NCBI GenBank assembly: GCA_032123355.1 | Contig: JAQBFM010000060.1 | Coordinates: 1 to 51,189, forward strand | Length of the DNA stretch: 51,189 bases | Reading direction: 5' to 3' | From: Lentisphaerales bacterium | GTDB lineage: Bacteria > Verrucomicrobiota > Kiritimatiellia > SPBP01 | Shown: piece after piece, positions 29,440 through 40,730 of the stretch | Layout of the letters: every line of letters starts with the position of its first letter | Numbering within the stretch: the first letter of the stretch is position 1 | Program-made: the position numbers and the translations under genes | Notes under the pieces: generated by a model | The model's database searches: none | What the model was told of the DNA's origin: nothing | What the model saw: the letters and a program-made list of their open reading frames with translations, nothing else

Positions 29440-30219
29440 TTAATTCTCCGCGTTGCCCAAGTCCCGCAAAAAATGTCTTTCGATATCCGAAATAAACTCC
29501 TGAGAGAAATTGTCCATCATCACTCTCAGTCTACGAATCCGTCCCGCGATCATGTTGTAGCCGATCGATGAAGGCAAGGCCACAAGCAACCCGACCACCG
29601 TTGTCAACAGCGCGCCCGAAATTCCCGGCGCCACTTCAGACAACATTGCCGACCCCGATCCCGCTATATTCCCGAACGCCACCATGACGCCCCAGACAGT
29701 TCCCAGCAATCCCAGGAACGGAGCAGCTGTCACCGCAGTTGCCAGGAAGCTCATATTATCTTCCAGGAGCATTGCCAGATCCGTCATCGTTCGTTGCGCA
29801 ACGTTTCTCAGGGCACTCACCTGTATCTCGCCCAATCGCCTCATCGTTGAGCCCACACCTCCCATGAAAAGCTCTGCCGGATCGGCCCCACGCGATTCGA
29901 GCATTCCACCCAGTGTCTTGCACGTATGATCATAGACCACATATAGCGGGGTAGCCGTGAAGCGTTGTCGCTTCAGATACAGGGAAACCGGGTGGGATTC
30001 CTTTCTATAGGCAGCAAGAAACTCCCGCGATTGCCGTGCTGCTCTGGCCAGATCCCTCAGTTTGGTGATCATTATTGACCAGGCCCAGATTGAGCCTGCA
30101 AACAGGACCAGGCAGATTATTCTGCCCGACAGGTGTGACTGTTCAAACGCGAACGTCAGGCTGCCCATTTGAAGGCAACCTCCCGCCAGTATTGAGGAAA
30201 AACCCGTTACAATATCCAT
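29440..30219 (-). CDS. tolQ: TolQ/ExbB
   Basis: APFLGLLGTVWGVM, VAPGISGALLTTVVGLLVALP. Confidence 0.92.
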   Translation of the reverse strand: MDIVTGFSSILAGGCLQMGSLTFAFEQSHLSGRIICLVLFAGSIWAWSIMITKLRDLARAARQSREFLAAYRKESHPVSLYLKRQRFTATPLYVVYDHTCKTLGGMLESRGADPAELFMGGVGSTMRRLGEIQVSALRNVAQRTMTDLAMLLEDNMSFLATAVTAAPFLGLLGTVWGVMVAFGNIAGSGSAMLSEVAPGISGALLTTVVGLLVALPSSIGYNMIAGRIRRLRVMMDNFSQEFISDIERHFLRDLGNAEN

Positions 30220-30238
30220 TTCTCAGATCCCGAATTGG

Positions 30239-30267
30239 AGTATATTAGTCGCGACCCCGCGAGTCAA
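30239..30267 (-). promoter_or_regulatory. Sigma70-type promoter of the tol-pal run
   Basis: Minus strand TTGACT-N17-TATACT just upstream of tolQ. Confidence 0.7.
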
Positions 30268-30281
30268 TTCGCAAGACAAGG

Positions 30282-30350
30282 AAATGGCGGCCCGGAATAC
30301 TCCCCATGGCCGCCATTTCAAAACCATCACGGCGTCACGAGGACGCCGCG
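30282..30350 (-). terminator. Tandem hairpins after the micro-ORF (probable terminator)
   Basis: Stems 30328-30336/30342-30350 and perfect 11-bp AAATGGCGGCC/GGCCGCCATTT (30282-30292/30308-30318), with pyrimidine-rich tail on the minus strand. Confidence 0.65.
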
Positions 30351-30362
30351 TGTTCTATTTAG

Positions 30363-30425
30363 TTATTTCTTTTTCTTCGCTGCTACCTTTTTCTTCGCTG
30401 CCTTCTTTGCTTTCTTCTTTGCCAT
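30363..30425 (-). CDS. 20-aa lysine/alanine-rich micro-protein MAKKKAKKAAKKKVAAKKKK
   Basis: Hand-translated; SD AGGAGGTGA (30432-30440) 6 nt before ATG; not in the ORF track. Confidence 0.8.
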   Translation of the reverse strand: MAKKKAKKAAKKKVAAKKKK

Positions 30426-30444
30426 TATAACTCACCTCCTTTGC

Positions 30445-30585
30445 CTCGGGGACTTGTACTGCCCCCCGAGCGGGTTGGCATGCCGTGATGGCCGCTGCCC
30501 CTTTCGGGGAAGGTAGCAAACCTGGAAACAACTTCTTATCAATTCCAGATCTCACAGCATCAGGGAGACCGTTGCTCCCCTTTGC
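30445..30585 (-). ncRNA. Candidate structured 5' leader RNA of the micro-ORF
   Basis: Five stems found by eye, including a closing helix (30552-30560 with 30480-30488) enclosing two hairpins, one CCCC-GAAA-GGGG; no known family recognised. Confidence 0.45.
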
Positions 30586-30591
30586 ACGTTG

Positions 30592-30620
30592 ACTCTACGC
30601 ACGAGCATGCCTTTGGTCAA
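30592..30620 (-). promoter_or_regulatory. Sigma70-type promoter for leader plus micro-ORF
   Basis: Minus strand TTGACC-N17-TAGAGT. Confidence 0.55.
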
Positions 30621-30812
30621 CTTGCGCATGGCAGTGTTGATGAAATAGTCATCCATGCCTACAATAGTAGGCAAAGGCCCGTTTGGGCGAATCGGGTGGA
30701 TGTGAAGTCTTCCGATGATGATGAGTGACAGCATGCGGGGGAGAGAAACGAAATCGGAAAAGTATTTGCAAGCGATGATGTGAAGGAACATGATCGCGAC
30801 CCGAATGGGAAA

Positions 30813-31610
30813 CTATTCATTCGTGCGGAAGTCGGCCCACTCGGGTTCGTTGTCGAATATCCATCGGTAATACTCCTGTTGCTGCAGCTCTGCCGCCGCG
30901 GCTTCATCAAGAATTGTCGCACACCGAGGATGAAGCTGCACCGCCGATGCAGAGAGCATGGCGGTGATCGGGCCCTCCATCGTTTTGGCGATAACACCGG
31001 CTTTGTTTTTGCCGGTGGCCAGAAGAAGAAGTCGTTTGCCTTCGAGAATTGTGCCGACCCCCATTGTCAGTGCGCGCGGCGGAACATTTGCCGGGCTTCC
31101 CCCGAAGAAAGGAGCATTCTGAAGGAGCGTCATTGGAGAAAGTGCCTTCTCACGGGTCCTGGAAAGAAGTGCGGAAAGGGGCTCGTTAAAGCCGATGTGC
31201 CCGGCCTCGCCGATACCCAGAATCTGCAGGTCGATCCCTCCCGCCTCATGGATCAGTTCCTCGTAGCGTTCGCATGCGGCCACCAGGTTGGTCGCCATCC
31301 CGTCCGGAAGATGCGTGTTTTCCGGGCGCATATTGACCTGGCTGAAGAAATGACGCCTCATATAGTAGCAATATGAGCCCTTATCGTCCGGCGGCAGCCC
31401 CACATATTCATCAAGGTTAAACGTGCGGCATCCCGAAAAATCGAGGCCCTGAGACTTGTGCATTTCGACAAGCCGACGATAGACCCCCTCCATAGTCCTG
31501 CCGGTGGCCAGGCCCAGCACGAGCGAAGGCTTCTCCTCGATGGCTCTGGCTATCAGCCTGGCCACAAGAGCGCACGCCATCTCTGCGTCTCTCTGTATGA
31601 TAATTTCCAT
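30813..31610 (-). CDS. nagB: Glucosamine-6-phosphate deaminase
   Basis: LGLATG, FNLDEYVGL, GGIDLQILGIG..GHIGFNEP, ALTMGVGTI. Confidence 0.95.
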   Translation of the reverse strand: MEIIIQRDAEMACALVARLIARAIEEKPSLVLGLATGRTMEGVYRRLVEMHKSQGLDFSGCRTFNLDEYVGLPPDDKGSYCYYMRRHFFSQVNMRPENTHLPDGMATNLVAACERYEELIHEAGGIDLQILGIGEAGHIGFNEPLSALLSRTREKALSPMTLLQNAPFFGGSPANVPPRALTMGVGTILEGKRLLLLATGKNKAGVIAKTMEGPITAMLSASAVQLHPRCATILDEAAAAELQQQEYYRWIFDNEPEWADFRTNE

Positions 31611-31647
31611 TACAGGATAGCTTCCCGGTCCCGGACATCGCCCGTTC

Positions 31648-32496
31648 TTATATGAACTTGCCGATACGTTCAGCTACATCTTTCCTGAACCCGGCCATAT
31701 GCCGGTCGACATATTCCCTGATATCCATCTTCGCCTCATGCATCAACGGCGTCAGGTCGACAGCGTAAATCAACTGAGTCGCCTCATCCACTCCGTGGGA
31801 TGCGTAGTACGTAGCATTTGCTCTGCGTCGTCCGGCCGCCGCCAGGTCATATCTCTTGCCTCCGCAGATCTGAGAGTCATGAACGCTGATCAACGCATTG
31901 GAAAGATTCTCGTGAGCAGAAACATCGAACACCACCTTATCCGCATCCGGCATCCAGTCAAGATCGCGCCACACCTCCACTCCATAAACTTTCTGTGGCT
32001 GGATATCCGCGGCCAAGTCCTGCAGCGCATGCACCACGCGGATCATTACCGCCACATGCGTATCATGCTTGTCGGCTGGATTGTGCGTGTAAACAACAGA
32101 TGGCCTGGCAGCCTTGCAGATTTCGCGGATATCCGATGCCAGCCCCGGGCTTGACGGATCCTTGACTATCGCACTCGGGTAATCCAGGAGCACCGCTGCC
32201 CCGTACTCACCCAGGACTGCAGCCTTCTTCTGCTCGGCCTTCCGGACCTTCCGCATGTCCGAGTCCGAATACGAAGCATAGATCCCATCCCGCGGGCTTC
32301 CCGCACCATCCGTCGCACATACCGACGTGAACCACTCAGTCTTCTGTCCGAAACACTTCAGAATCCCGTCCATCGCCATTATCTCAACGTCATCCGAGTG
32401 CGCGCCAATCCCCATATGAGTCGTCCTGGCCAGCGCCTTATCCGCACCGGTTCCGTCCGGCACATATATCTCCGCGGTACTATTTGTCAGGTTCAT
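31648..32496 (-). CDS. PIG-L/LmbE-family deacetylase
   Basis: AHSDDVE metal motif, TDG, R..EQ..AA, HNPADKHDTH; ATG 32496 with GAGGAG. Confidence 0.85.
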   Translation of the reverse strand: MNLTNSTAEIYVPDGTGADKALARTTHMGIGAHSDDVEIMAMDGILKCFGQKTEWFTSVCATDGAGSPRDGIYASYSDSDMRKVRKAEQKKAAVLGEYGAAVLLDYPSAIVKDPSSPGLASDIREICKAARPSVVYTHNPADKHDTHVAVMIRVVHALQDLAADIQPQKVYGVEVWRDLDWMPDADKVVFDVSAHENLSNALISVHDSQICGGKRYDLAAAGRRRANATYYASHGVDEATQLIYAVDLTPLMHEAKMDIREYVDRHMAGFRKDVAERIGKFI

Positions 32497-33895
32497 TTGA
32501 CTTCTCCTCTTCCAGAACGGGCAGACTTGCCGCTGCAGTAGCCTGGCCCACCCGTCGACTGCGTTCATCCGGCAGTTGAATCCGGGCCGCCTCCGCCAGT
32601 TCCGGGAATTCCGCGTGCAGCACCCCTGAGGCCTGTTTGAGGATCATTCTGCCGCCCTCACCAGAAGTGACCCGGCCCAGAATGAGCACGTGATCTATAT
32701 CGTAGAACTCAGCATATTGAGCCACCGCGTAGCCGAAATACGTTCCTATTGTCCGAAAGACCCTCTGCGCCCTCACATCTCCATCCTTCATCAGTTCCTG
32801 CACAACCAACAGCTTTTCAGCTGAGGTCGTGCCTTCGGGCAGTGTGATGCCCGCCAGTGGAGCCAGACGAACCACAGCTTCCTGCGACAGGTACTGCGCA
32901 CCGCAACCCCTCGCGCCCGACCATTCATCCGCGGCCGCATTCCCTTGGCAGTCTATCGGAACGAAAGCCAGTTCATTCAACCAGTCAGCTATTTTACCAT
33001 CCCGGTTTGCGTAGCCACCCGCTTCACTTGAGCCCATTGCGATACCCAGTATGCACGATGCGTTCAGGGACATCGCCCCGGCCAGCGCCGTAACCTCGCC
33101 GTCATTCACCACCGTAAAAGGCACTCTCCATTCCTCTTTCATCCGGAGAAACATATCGCGCACCTTGCGCGCGAACACGTCGCCGGCAATTCCCCGGAAG
33201 AGCGATGCCACCATTACGCGGTTATTCACATAGATGCCCGCCGCGCTCCCGCCTATCGCATCCACGCGCGGCAGATGCTCCGCTGCCCGCCTGAGGCCTG
33301 TCATGATCTCACCATAGTGATAGGATGGATCAGTCTGCGTCCGTGGGTTCCACACCGTTTCCTCGCTGAAGACCGGGTTCCCGTCGATGACCGCGCTTAC
33401 TTTCCGGTCACTCGCGCCCAGATCGAAGCCTATCCGGCATCCCTCCAGGTGTCCGCCCAGTGCAACAGAAGCGTCACAGGCCGCCGGAAGATCATCAGGT
33501 GCCGCACCCCTCAGCTCAAAAGGCTGCTCATAGACCGTCGTCATCGTGTCCACATCGAATGAGTGCGGCCCGCCCTTTGCGAAAACCGTGCGCAGATAAT
33601 CCCCAATCTTTGCCGCCCCCCCGACTACAACAACCTGTGCCCCCTTCTGCCAGAGCAGCGTCTTCACCAGGCTCTCTGCGAACCACAGGTTTTCGATAAA
33701 GTGTTCATGGCCGGCCGGAAACACAGTCGTCTCGTGTACAGAAACCGAGTTGGCCGTCCGCACTGCCGCGATCCGGAGCGGCACGCCCTTCCCGGATTCT
33801 CTCACAGCCTCAAGGAATATCCGGTGGGCCAGAACGGCCGGCACAAACGATTCGTCCAGTTCTGGGGCTATCTTCGGCCGCACCTTGCTCAGCAT
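32480..33895 (-). CDS. ROK-family sugar kinase with N-terminal extension (start uncertain; ORF open to 34018)
   Basis: IGFDLGASDRK, NDGEVTALAG, GIAMGSSEAGG, WLNELAF; clustered with PIG-L and nagB. Confidence 0.8.
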   Translation of the reverse strand: MLSKVRPKIAPELDESFVPAVLAHRIFLEAVRESGKGVPLRIAAVRTANSVSVHETTVFPAGHEHFIENLWFAESLVKTLLWQKGAQVVVVGGAAKIGDYLRTVFAKGGPHSFDVDTMTTVYEQPFELRGAAPDDLPAACDASVALGGHLEGCRIGFDLGASDRKVSAVIDGNPVFSEETVWNPRTQTDPSYHYGEIMTGLRRAAEHLPRVDAIGGSAAGIYVNNRVMVASLFRGIAGDVFARKVRDMFLRMKEEWRVPFTVVNDGEVTALAGAMSLNASCILGIAMGSSEAGGYANRDGKIADWLNELAFVPIDCQGNAAADEWSGARGCGAQYLSQEAVVRLAPLAGITLPEGTTSAEKLLVVQELMKDGDVRAQRVFRTIGTYFGYAVAQYAEFYDIDHVLILGRVTSGEGGRMILKQASGVLHAEFPELAEAARIQLPDERSRRVGQATAAASLPVLEEEKSNEPDK

Positions 33896-34143
33896 ACGTT
33901 GGCCTTCCGGCATCGTCATTGTCGCAGCGTCAACCTGGAACCGCCTTTTCTGCCTCATTAGCTCGATTCTTTCAAGCGCATAATCACACCGTACCGGCCG
34001 AGCTTCGGCCATATGCACCGTCGAAACGGGCTGGAACCCCGAAGTGGGATCTGGTATGTAGTGTCCGCATATGACCCCCGATCCCGGACAGACGGCCCTC
34101 CCGCTGTCACGGTTGCGTAAGGGCCTAAAGGAAAGGTAAGACC

Positions 34144-34719
34144 ATGAATCACGAGCGCGTGAAAGATCTTGTTACTCAGCTGCTGATAGAGATAGGGGAA
34201 GATCCGAACCGTGAAGGGCTCCGCGACACCCCGCGCCGTGTCGCCGAAGTGTTCGAATGTCTCACGTCGGGATACAAGAGCAACCCCGACGATATTGTCA
34301 AGAACGCTGCTTTTACCGCTGAAGCCAACAACATGATCATCCTGCGCGACATTGAAGTCTACAGCCTGTGCGAACACCATATGCTTCCCTTCTTCGGCAA
34401 ATGCCATGTCGGCTACATCCCGTCAAAGACAATTCTCGGCATAAGCAAGGTTGCTCGCGTTGTCGATTGCTACGCGCGCCGCCTCCAGATGCAGGAGCGG
34501 CTCACCGCCCAGATTGCCGACGCCATACGTTCATCTGTCGATGCCGAAGGAGTCGGTGTCGTCATGGAATGCCGACACCTCTGCATGATGATGCGCGGGG
34601 TTGAGAAGCAGAACTCCGTTATGACAACCTCGTCAGTGCTCGGCACTTTCCATTCGTCTGTTGCCACCAGGACAGAATTTCTCAGGTTAATAGACGGTCG
34701 GCAACCGCGCAGCGCATAG
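34144..34719 (+). CDS. folE: GTP cyclohydrolase I
   Basis: [44 protein letters not shown]. Confidence 0.97.
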   Translation: MNHERVKDLVTQLLIEIGEDPNREGLRDTPRRVAEVFECLTSGYKSNPDDIVKNAAFTAEANNMIILRDIEVYSLCEHHMLPFFGKCHVGYIPSKTILGISKVARVVDCYARRLQMQERLTAQIADAIRSSVDAEGVGVVMECRHLCMMMRGVEKQNSVMTTSSVLGTFHSSVATRTEFLRLIDGRQPRSA

Positions 34720-34839
34720 CGTCCCGTTGTGCAACTTGCCGACATCAATCCAATGTTGCAGACACCCCGTTGTCTGTCGCAGAAGCAGGAAGAGCATGAA
34801 AGATGCGGGTAACGCGCCCGAATCCTTCATCATCACGAT

Positions 34840-36609
34840 ATGCATATTGACGACGATCTGCTACCTCGCATCAACCGGCGTGACCCGGGCGATCCCGGTT
34901 CCGGCCCACTCGATTCCGGGCTCCCCTGGTTTGCCATAGCTCTCTGCATTGCCGTTTGCCTTGTCGGGTTGCTCGACCGTGACCTTTGGACTCCCGACGA
35001 GCCGCAGGCCGCCTCAATTTCGCTCCAGATGAGCCGTACCGGCAACTTTGCCGTCACCAGCCCTTACGGGCGGCCTCATCCCGGCACGCCACCCCTCTAT
35101 TACGCCGTTGCCGCATCGGCCATTCGGCTGCTCGGCCCCCTTGTCGGCAACACCGGTGCAATTCGTCTCACTTCCGCCTTCTGGTCCATCGCCGCGCTCG
35201 TCGCCACCTTCTTCCTTGCCCGTCGGCTTTCCGGGCCTGCCGTTGCCATTGTTGCCGCCATACTCCTCGCCACCATGACAGGTTTTGTCCAAAACTCACA
35301 CTGGATCCGGGCCGACAGCGCATTACTCTTCTTTGTCACTGCTGCCATCTGGATGCTTGCCGAGGTGTACCTTGCCGGCCGGCGCTGGTACTGCGTTCCC
35401 GCCGGCGCACTTGCTGCCGGCGCGTTTCTCGCCAGTGGCCTTGTCGGGCTCACTTTCGTTTGCATTGGATGGCTTGGCCTCGCCGTCCCATGGTGTTCCC
35501 GCCGTCTTCGGGAAAGAGCCGGCAGCAGCTTCTTCATCACACCCCATCTTTCCGGCCTGCTCATGTTCATCTTCTTCGCCGGTGCCTGGCTTCTTACCCT
35601 TCGCCTGCAAACCGGTGCGTGGCACTCGCTCCAATGGTGCCGACCGACCGACCTCGGCCCGCTCGCCGCCGGCAGCGAACTCTCGCAATGGTTCAAGCCC
35701 GACCGACCGTGGTACTATCTTCGGACCATTGCCCTTTACACATTGCCATGGGCGCCCGGCCTGCTTCTGTGGTTTGGCTCGCTGCCCGATGCGTTTCTCG
35801 GGCGCCGCGAAATACCACCCGGCAGAATATTTCTGCTCGTCTGGATCGTCGGCTCGCTCATCGTCCTTTCCGTGCTTCCCTCAAAGCACAACGCCTATCT
35901 ATTGCCCATCCTCCCCGCGTTTGCCGTCGCCTGTGCTGAAGCCTTCGAAGGTGGCATCCGCGGATGGTGCAGACCCCTCTTCGCCCTGTGGCTCTTCCTC
36001 TGTTTTGCTGTTCTTCTTGCCCTCACCCTGTCTCCACTCTCTGTGCTTCTCGCGCCTTCCGGCCTGCTTCGGGCCGCCCTTCCTTTTCTGCAATCCATTT
36101 CTCTGCGTCACGTTGCCGCCGGGCTTTCCCTTGTTCTGGCGCTACGCATCACGTTCCGGCGAGACGAGGCAAGCGAGCTCATCCAGATAGCCGCCATAAC
36201 ATGTTTCCTATATATCGGGCTCGCCTCCGTAGCAGGCAAGGCCGTTGATCTCGAAATAGGCATGCGCCGTGGAATATCAGAACTTGCTGAGCGTATCCCC
36301 GTCAGCGAGCGCCCGGGCACCGCAGGCTGGGGAATCGGCAGCCCGCTACGCGCCTGCTTCCATTACTATTGCGGCTGGACACTCCCACTCATCGATGATA
36401 AACAGCGTCCGAAGGATATTGTTGCCGGAACAGACCCTGAATTCAGTAGCTTGCTCATCGTCCGTGAATCCGGCAGTACGGCCGCCATATCGGAAATCGC
36501 CGGACCGGAGGCGCTCGTTGTCTTCAGGGCCGTCGCCGGCAGGGCAGGGGAAATGTTCCTCGTTCGCGGCATGGGCGGAAACAAACCCGGAGATCCGGAC
36601 TCAACATGA
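34840..36609 (+). CDS. ArnT-family (GT83-like) integral membrane glycosyltransferase
   Basis: LWTPDEP, PPLYY, many TM helices, PWYY, SK..YLLP..P; overlaps arnB start (ATGA). Confidence 0.8.
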   Translation: MHIDDDLLPRINRRDPGDPGSGPLDSGLPWFAIALCIAVCLVGLLDRDLWTPDEPQAASISLQMSRTGNFAVTSPYGRPHPGTPPLYYAVAASAIRLLGPLVGNTGAIRLTSAFWSIAALVATFFLARRLSGPAVAIVAAILLATMTGFVQNSHWIRADSALLFFVTAAIWMLAEVYLAGRRWYCVPAGALAAGAFLASGLVGLTFVCIGWLGLAVPWCSRRLRERAGSSFFITPHLSGLLMFIFFAGAWLLTLRLQTGAWHSLQWCRPTDLGPLAAGSELSQWFKPDRPWYYLRTIALYTLPWAPGLLLWFGSLPDAFLGRREIPPGRIFLLVWIVGSLIVLSVLPSKHNAYLLPILPAFAVACAEAFEGGIRGWCRPLFALWLFLCFAVLLALTLSPLSVLLAPSGLLRAALPFLQSISLRHVAAGLSLVLALRITFRRDEASELIQIAAITCFLYIGLASVAGKAVDLEIGMRRGISELAERIPVSERPGTAGWGIGSPLRACFHYYCGWTLPLIDDKQRPKDIVAGTDPEFSSLLIVRESGSTAAISEIAGPEALVVFRAVAGRAGEMFLVRGMGGNKPGDPDST

Positions 36610-37757
36610 GAGAAGCCTTCCTTCCTTTTTCCAGGCCATCGATCACCGCCGACGACATCGCTGCCGTTTCCGACGTCCTTCGATCCGGCTGGATCACCAC
36701 CGGTCCCCGGACCGCCTCATTTGAAAGCGAGTTCTGCACCCGCGTCGGATGCCGCGGCGCAGTCTCTCTTGCCTCAGCCACCGCCGGGATGCACCTGTTG
36801 ATGAAAGCCCTCGATATTGGCGCACGCGACGAGGTCATCACCCCATCCATGACGTGGGTTTCCACCCCCAACCTTATTGTCCTCGCCGGTGCCACCCCCG
36901 TCTTTGTCGACATCGACAGGGACACCCTCATGGTCTCGCCCGCTCAGATCGAAGCCGCAATGACTGATCGCACCCGGCTCATCGTCCCCGTCCACTTTGC
37001 CGGTGCCGCCGTCGATATGCGACCCATCCGCCAACTCGCCGCCGACAAGAGCGTCTTCCTTGCCGAAGACGCCGCCCATGCCATGGGCACCAGTTACATG
37101 GACGAACCTGTCGGCCGCGAAGGCACCGCCATCTTTTCGTTTCATCCAATCAAGAATATCACAACTGGTGAGGGCGGTATGTTCACGTCCGATGACCGGT
37201 TCGTCCTCGACCGCATACGCAGGCTCAAGTTTCATGGAATCGGGGTAGATGCCTTCGACCGTCGCGGCCAGGGCAGATCGCCTCAGGCCGAGGTGCTGGA
37301 GCCCGGCTTCAAGTATAACATGCCCGACATGCTTGCCGCCCTCGGCTCCTCCCAGCTCGCGCGCTTACCACAGATGAACAAGAAACGCGCCACGCTTGCC
37401 GCCCTCTACCTTGAGCGGTTAGCCGAAATAGATGAAATCTTGCCGCTGAAGGTGCCAGCGTATAACATGGCGCACTCCTGGCATCTCTTCATTGTGCGCC
37501 TCGATATAGAAAAGGCGCGTCTCAGCCGGGATGAGTTCATGGAGGAGCTGAAGAACAGGAACATAGGAACAGGCCTGCATTTCCGTGCGGTGCATCTGCA
37601 GCAATACTACGTACAGGCAATGGGAATACCCCGTGGCACGCTGCCCAATACCGAATGGAACTCGGATCGCATCTGTTCACTGCCTCTCTTCCCTGATATG
37701 ACAGAAGACGATGTAGTCGATGTAGTCGATGCAATAAAGGATGTATTGAAAAGATGA
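36606..37757 (+). CDS. arnB: UDP-4-amino-4-deoxy-L-arabinose aminotransferase
   Basis: [39 protein letters not shown]. Confidence 0.92.
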   Translation: MREAFLPFSRPSITADDIAAVSDVLRSGWITTGPRTASFESEFCTRVGCRGAVSLASATAGMHLLMKALDIGARDEVITPSMTWVSTPNLIVLAGATPVFVDIDRDTLMVSPAQIEAAMTDRTRLIVPVHFAGAAVDMRPIRQLAADKSVFLAEDAAHAMGTSYMDEPVGREGTAIFSFHPIKNITTGEGGMFTSDDRFVLDRIRRLKFHGIGVDAFDRRGQGRSPQAEVLEPGFKYNMPDMLAALGSSQLARLPQMNKKRATLAALYLERLAEIDEILPLKVPAYNMAHSWHLFIVRLDIEKARLSRDEFMEELKNRNIGTGLHFRAVHLQQYYVQAMGIPRGTLPNTEWNSDRICSLPLFPDMTEDDVVDVVDAIKDVLKR

Positions 37758-38707
37758 GCAGTCACCCATTTCTCTCAATTGTCATTCCCGTGTTCAACGA
37801 GAAGGAAAATCTCGACGAACTCATGCGGCGCTGCCTCGAAACATGTTCCACCATAGGCAAGCCGTTCGAGATCATCCTCATTGACGACGGCAGCACCGAC
37901 GGATCTTACGATCAGATCGAGGACATGGCCAAGCGTCACCGCGGGAAACTCGTCGGCGTCATCCTCAACAGGAACTATGGTCAGCACGCCGCGGTAATGG
38001 CCGGTTTATCGGCTGCGCGTGGCGAGCTCATCGTAACGCTCGACGCCGATCTGCAGAATCCGCCCGAAGAAATACCCCGGATTGTCGAGCAACTTCTTCA
38101 AGGCAATGACGTCGTCGGAACCGTCCGGACCCCACGCTGCGATACCATCTTCCGCAGGCTCGCCTCCTATATCGTCAACAGGGCCGCACAACGCGCCACC
38201 GGCGTTAGGATGCGCGACTACGGCTGCATGCTCCGCGGTTACAGGCGCCCCGTTGTCGATGCCATGCTCAAGTGTCACGAGCGAAGCGCCTTCGTGCCCG
38301 TGCTTGCCAACTCATTCGCCCGGCAGACAACCGAAATCGAAGTTAAGCATCAGGAACGCGCCGTCGGCCAGTCCAAGTACGGGTTATGGAAACTCGTCAA
38401 CCTCCAGTTTGACATGTTGACCGGCATGACAACCTTTCCACTGCGTCTTCTCAGCATAGTCGGCACTATCATCTCCGCCCTTGGCGTAGGCTTTGGCATA
38501 TTCCTCTTCATCATGAGGTACATCTACGGTCCCGAGTGGGCCGCACAGGGCGTCTTCACCCTCTTCGCCATACTCTTCATCTTTGTTGGTGCCCAGTTCG
38601 TGGGGATGGGCCTGCTCGGTGAGTACATAGGCCGGATATACCACGATGTCCGCGCGCGCCCTCGCTACTTTGTCGAAAAAGTTGTCGGACGGGACGACAC
38701 CATTTGA
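37754..38707 (+). CDS. arnC: Undecaprenyl-phosphate Ara4FN transferase
   Basis: [51 protein letters not shown]. Confidence 0.93.
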   Translation: MSSHPFLSIVIPVFNEKENLDELMRRCLETCSTIGKPFEIILIDDGSTDGSYDQIEDMAKRHRGKLVGVILNRNYGQHAAVMAGLSAARGELIVTLDADLQNPPEEIPRIVEQLLQGNDVVGTVRTPRCDTIFRRLASYIVNRAAQRATGVRMRDYGCMLRGYRRPVVDAMLKCHERSAFVPVLANSFARQTTEIEVKHQERAVGQSKYGLWKLVNLQFDMLTGMTTFPLRLLSIVGTIISALGVGFGIFLFIMRYIYGPEWAAQGVFTLFAILFIFVGAQFVGMGLLGEYIGRIYHDVRARPRYFVEKVVGRDDTI

Positions 38708-38732
38708 ACAGGAACCACCGCCGGGGAACAAT

Positions 38733-40730
38733 ATGAAAACTGTCGTACTTGCCTATCATAACATCGGATGCGTCGGCATAAACGCGTTGCTCAGGAACGG
38801 ATTCGAAATCTCCGCCGTATTCACCCATACCGACGATCCCGGCGAAAACCTGTGGTTCGGGTCCGTCGCCGAACTTGCCGCCGCCAGGGACATCCCCGTA
38901 TTTGCGCCCGAGGACATCAACCACCCCATGTGGATCGCCAGGATCGCCGCCATGAAGCCCGATATCATCTTCTCTTTCTATTATAGGAACATGGTTCGCC
39001 GCGAACTCCTCGAGATTCCGCCCCTCGGCTGCATGAACCTGCACGGCTCTCTTCTGCCCGCGTACCGTGGCCGATGCCCCATAAACTGGGTCCTCGTCAA
39101 CGGCGAAAAGGAAACCGGTGTCACCCTCCATCACATGACCCAGCTCCCTGATGATGGCGACATAGTCGACCAGGAGAAGATAACCATCGACCACGACGAT
39201 ACCGCCCGCACTCTTCACGACAAAGCCGCCTCCGCTGCAGAGCGCGTGCTTGACCGTGTTCTTCCTGATATCAATGCCGGCAAAGCATCACGCAAGCCCC
39301 AGGACAGTTCCACGGCCAGCTACTTCCGTGGCCGCCGCCCTGCCGACGGGCACATCGACTGGTCGCTCAGTTCCACCCAGGTTCGAAACCTCGTGCGTGC
39401 CGTCACCCGGCCATATCCCGGCGCCTTCACCCATGTCGGCGACCGGAAATTCACCGTTTGGTCAGCCAGCCCTGCCAAGGCCACAGGCAAGAACAATAAG
39501 CCCGGAACCATTCTTTCCGTAGATCCGCTCGTCATCACCTGCGGCGATGGCGCCATAAAGGTCGATTATGGTCAGCCCGCCAATGGCGTCTACATGACCG
39601 GCAGCCAGCTTGCCGCCGAGCTCAGCATCGTCGAAGGCATGCAGCTTGGCCCATCCTCAAGTGCCGTCGCCAGGGCCCGGCGCAAGAAGAGCATCCTTCT
39701 GCTCGGTGTCAACGGGTTCATCGGCAGCGCGCTTGGCGAATGCCTTCTCGAAAGTGGAAAATACGACGTACACGGCATGGATCTCAGGTCCAACTACATC
39801 CAGCACCTCATTGATCGGCCCGGCTTCCACTTCGATGAAGGCGACATATCCATACACAGGGAATGGATCGAATACCACATAAGCAAGTGCGATATCGTCA
39901 TACCCCTCGTTGCCATCGCCACCCCCATCGAATACACCCGCAACCCACTCCGCGTGTTCGAGCTCGACTTCGAAGAGAATCTCCGGATCGTCCGCTACTG
40001 CGCCAAGTACGGCAAGCGCATCATCTTCCCCTCAACATCCGAAGTCTACGGCATGTGTGACGACAAAGAATTCGACGAAGACAACTCCAGGCTCATTCTA
40101 GGCCCCATCCGCATGCAGCGGTGGATCTACTCTGCCAGCAAGCAGCTGCTCGACAGGGTAATCTGGGCCTACGGTGACAAACGCGGTCTTCAGTTCACCC
40201 TCTTCCGACCATTCAACTGGATGGGCCCCAAGCTCGACACTCTCACCTCCGCCAGGATCGGTAGTTCGCGCGCCATAACGCAACTCATCCTGAACCTTGT
40301 CGAAGGCACACCAATCCAGCTCATCGACGGTGGCAACCAGAAACGTTGTTTCACCGACGTCTCCGACGGCACCGAATGCCTGTTCCGCATCATCGAGAAC
40401 AAGGACCGCGTTTGCGACGGGCGCATAATCAATATCGGCAACCCCGACAACGAAGCCAGCATACGTCAACTCGCAGAGATGCTTGTCCGCATATTCGAGA
40501 AACACCCACTGCGCTCCAAGTTCCCGCCATTCGCCGGCTTCAAGGAAATCGAAAGCGGCTCCTACTACGGGGCCGGATACCAGGACGTCCAGCACAGGCG
40601 CCCCAGCATCCGCAATGCCCGTCGCCTTCTCGACTGGGCGCCCAAGGTGCCAATCGAGCAATCCGTCGAACAAACCCTCGATTTCTTCCTGCAACAGGCC
40701 GTTAAGTCGGACGAATTCAAGGTATCATGA
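38733..40730 (+). CDS. arnA: Bifunctional UDP-Ara4N formyltransferase / UDP-glucuronate dehydrogenase-decarboxylase
   Basis: ATG 38733 (MKTVVLAYH); NLHGSLLP; [28 protein letters not shown]. Confidence 0.95.
   Translation: MKTVVLAYHNIGCVGINALLRNGFEISAVFTHTDDPGENLWFGSVAELAAARDIPVFAPEDINHPMWIARIAAMKPDIIFSFYYRNMVRRELLEIPPLGCMNLHGSLLPAYRGRCPINWVLVNGEKETGVTLHHMTQLPDDGDIVDQEKITIDHDDTARTLHDKAASAAERVLDRVLPDINAGKASRKPQDSSTASYFRGRRPADGHIDWSLSSTQVRNLVRAVTRPYPGAFTHVGDRKFTVWSASPAKATGKNNKPGTILSVDPLVITCGDGAIKVDYGQPANGVYMTGSQLAAELSIVEGMQLGPSSSAVARARRKKSILLLGVNGFIGSALGECLLESGKYDVHGMDLRSNYIQHLIDRPGFHFDEGDISIHREWIEYHISKCDIVIPLVAIATPIEYTRNPLRVFELDFEENLRIVRYCAKYGKRIIFPSTSEVYGMCDDKEFDEDNSRLILGPIRMQRWIYSASKQLLDRVIWAYGDKRGLQFTLFRPFNWMGPKLDTLTSARIGSSRAITQLILNLVEGTPIQLIDGGNQKRCFTDVSDGTECLFRIIENKDRVCDGRIINIGNPDNEASIRQLAEMLVRIFEKHPLRSKFPPFAGFKEIESGSYYGAGYQDVQHRRPSIRNARRLLDWAPKVPIEQSVEQTLDFFLQQAVKSDEFKVS

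Noticed and set aside
30363-30425. Lysine attenuator leader peptide or tmRNA tag
   Set aside because: The downstream gene is tolQ with its own promoter, not lysine biosynthesis; no tmRNA tRNA-like ends; the ORF has its own SD and ATG.
30552-30791. 79-aa minus-strand ORF between nagB and the micro-ORF
   Set aside because: No SD or motifs, and it overlaps the predicted promoter; probably non-coding.
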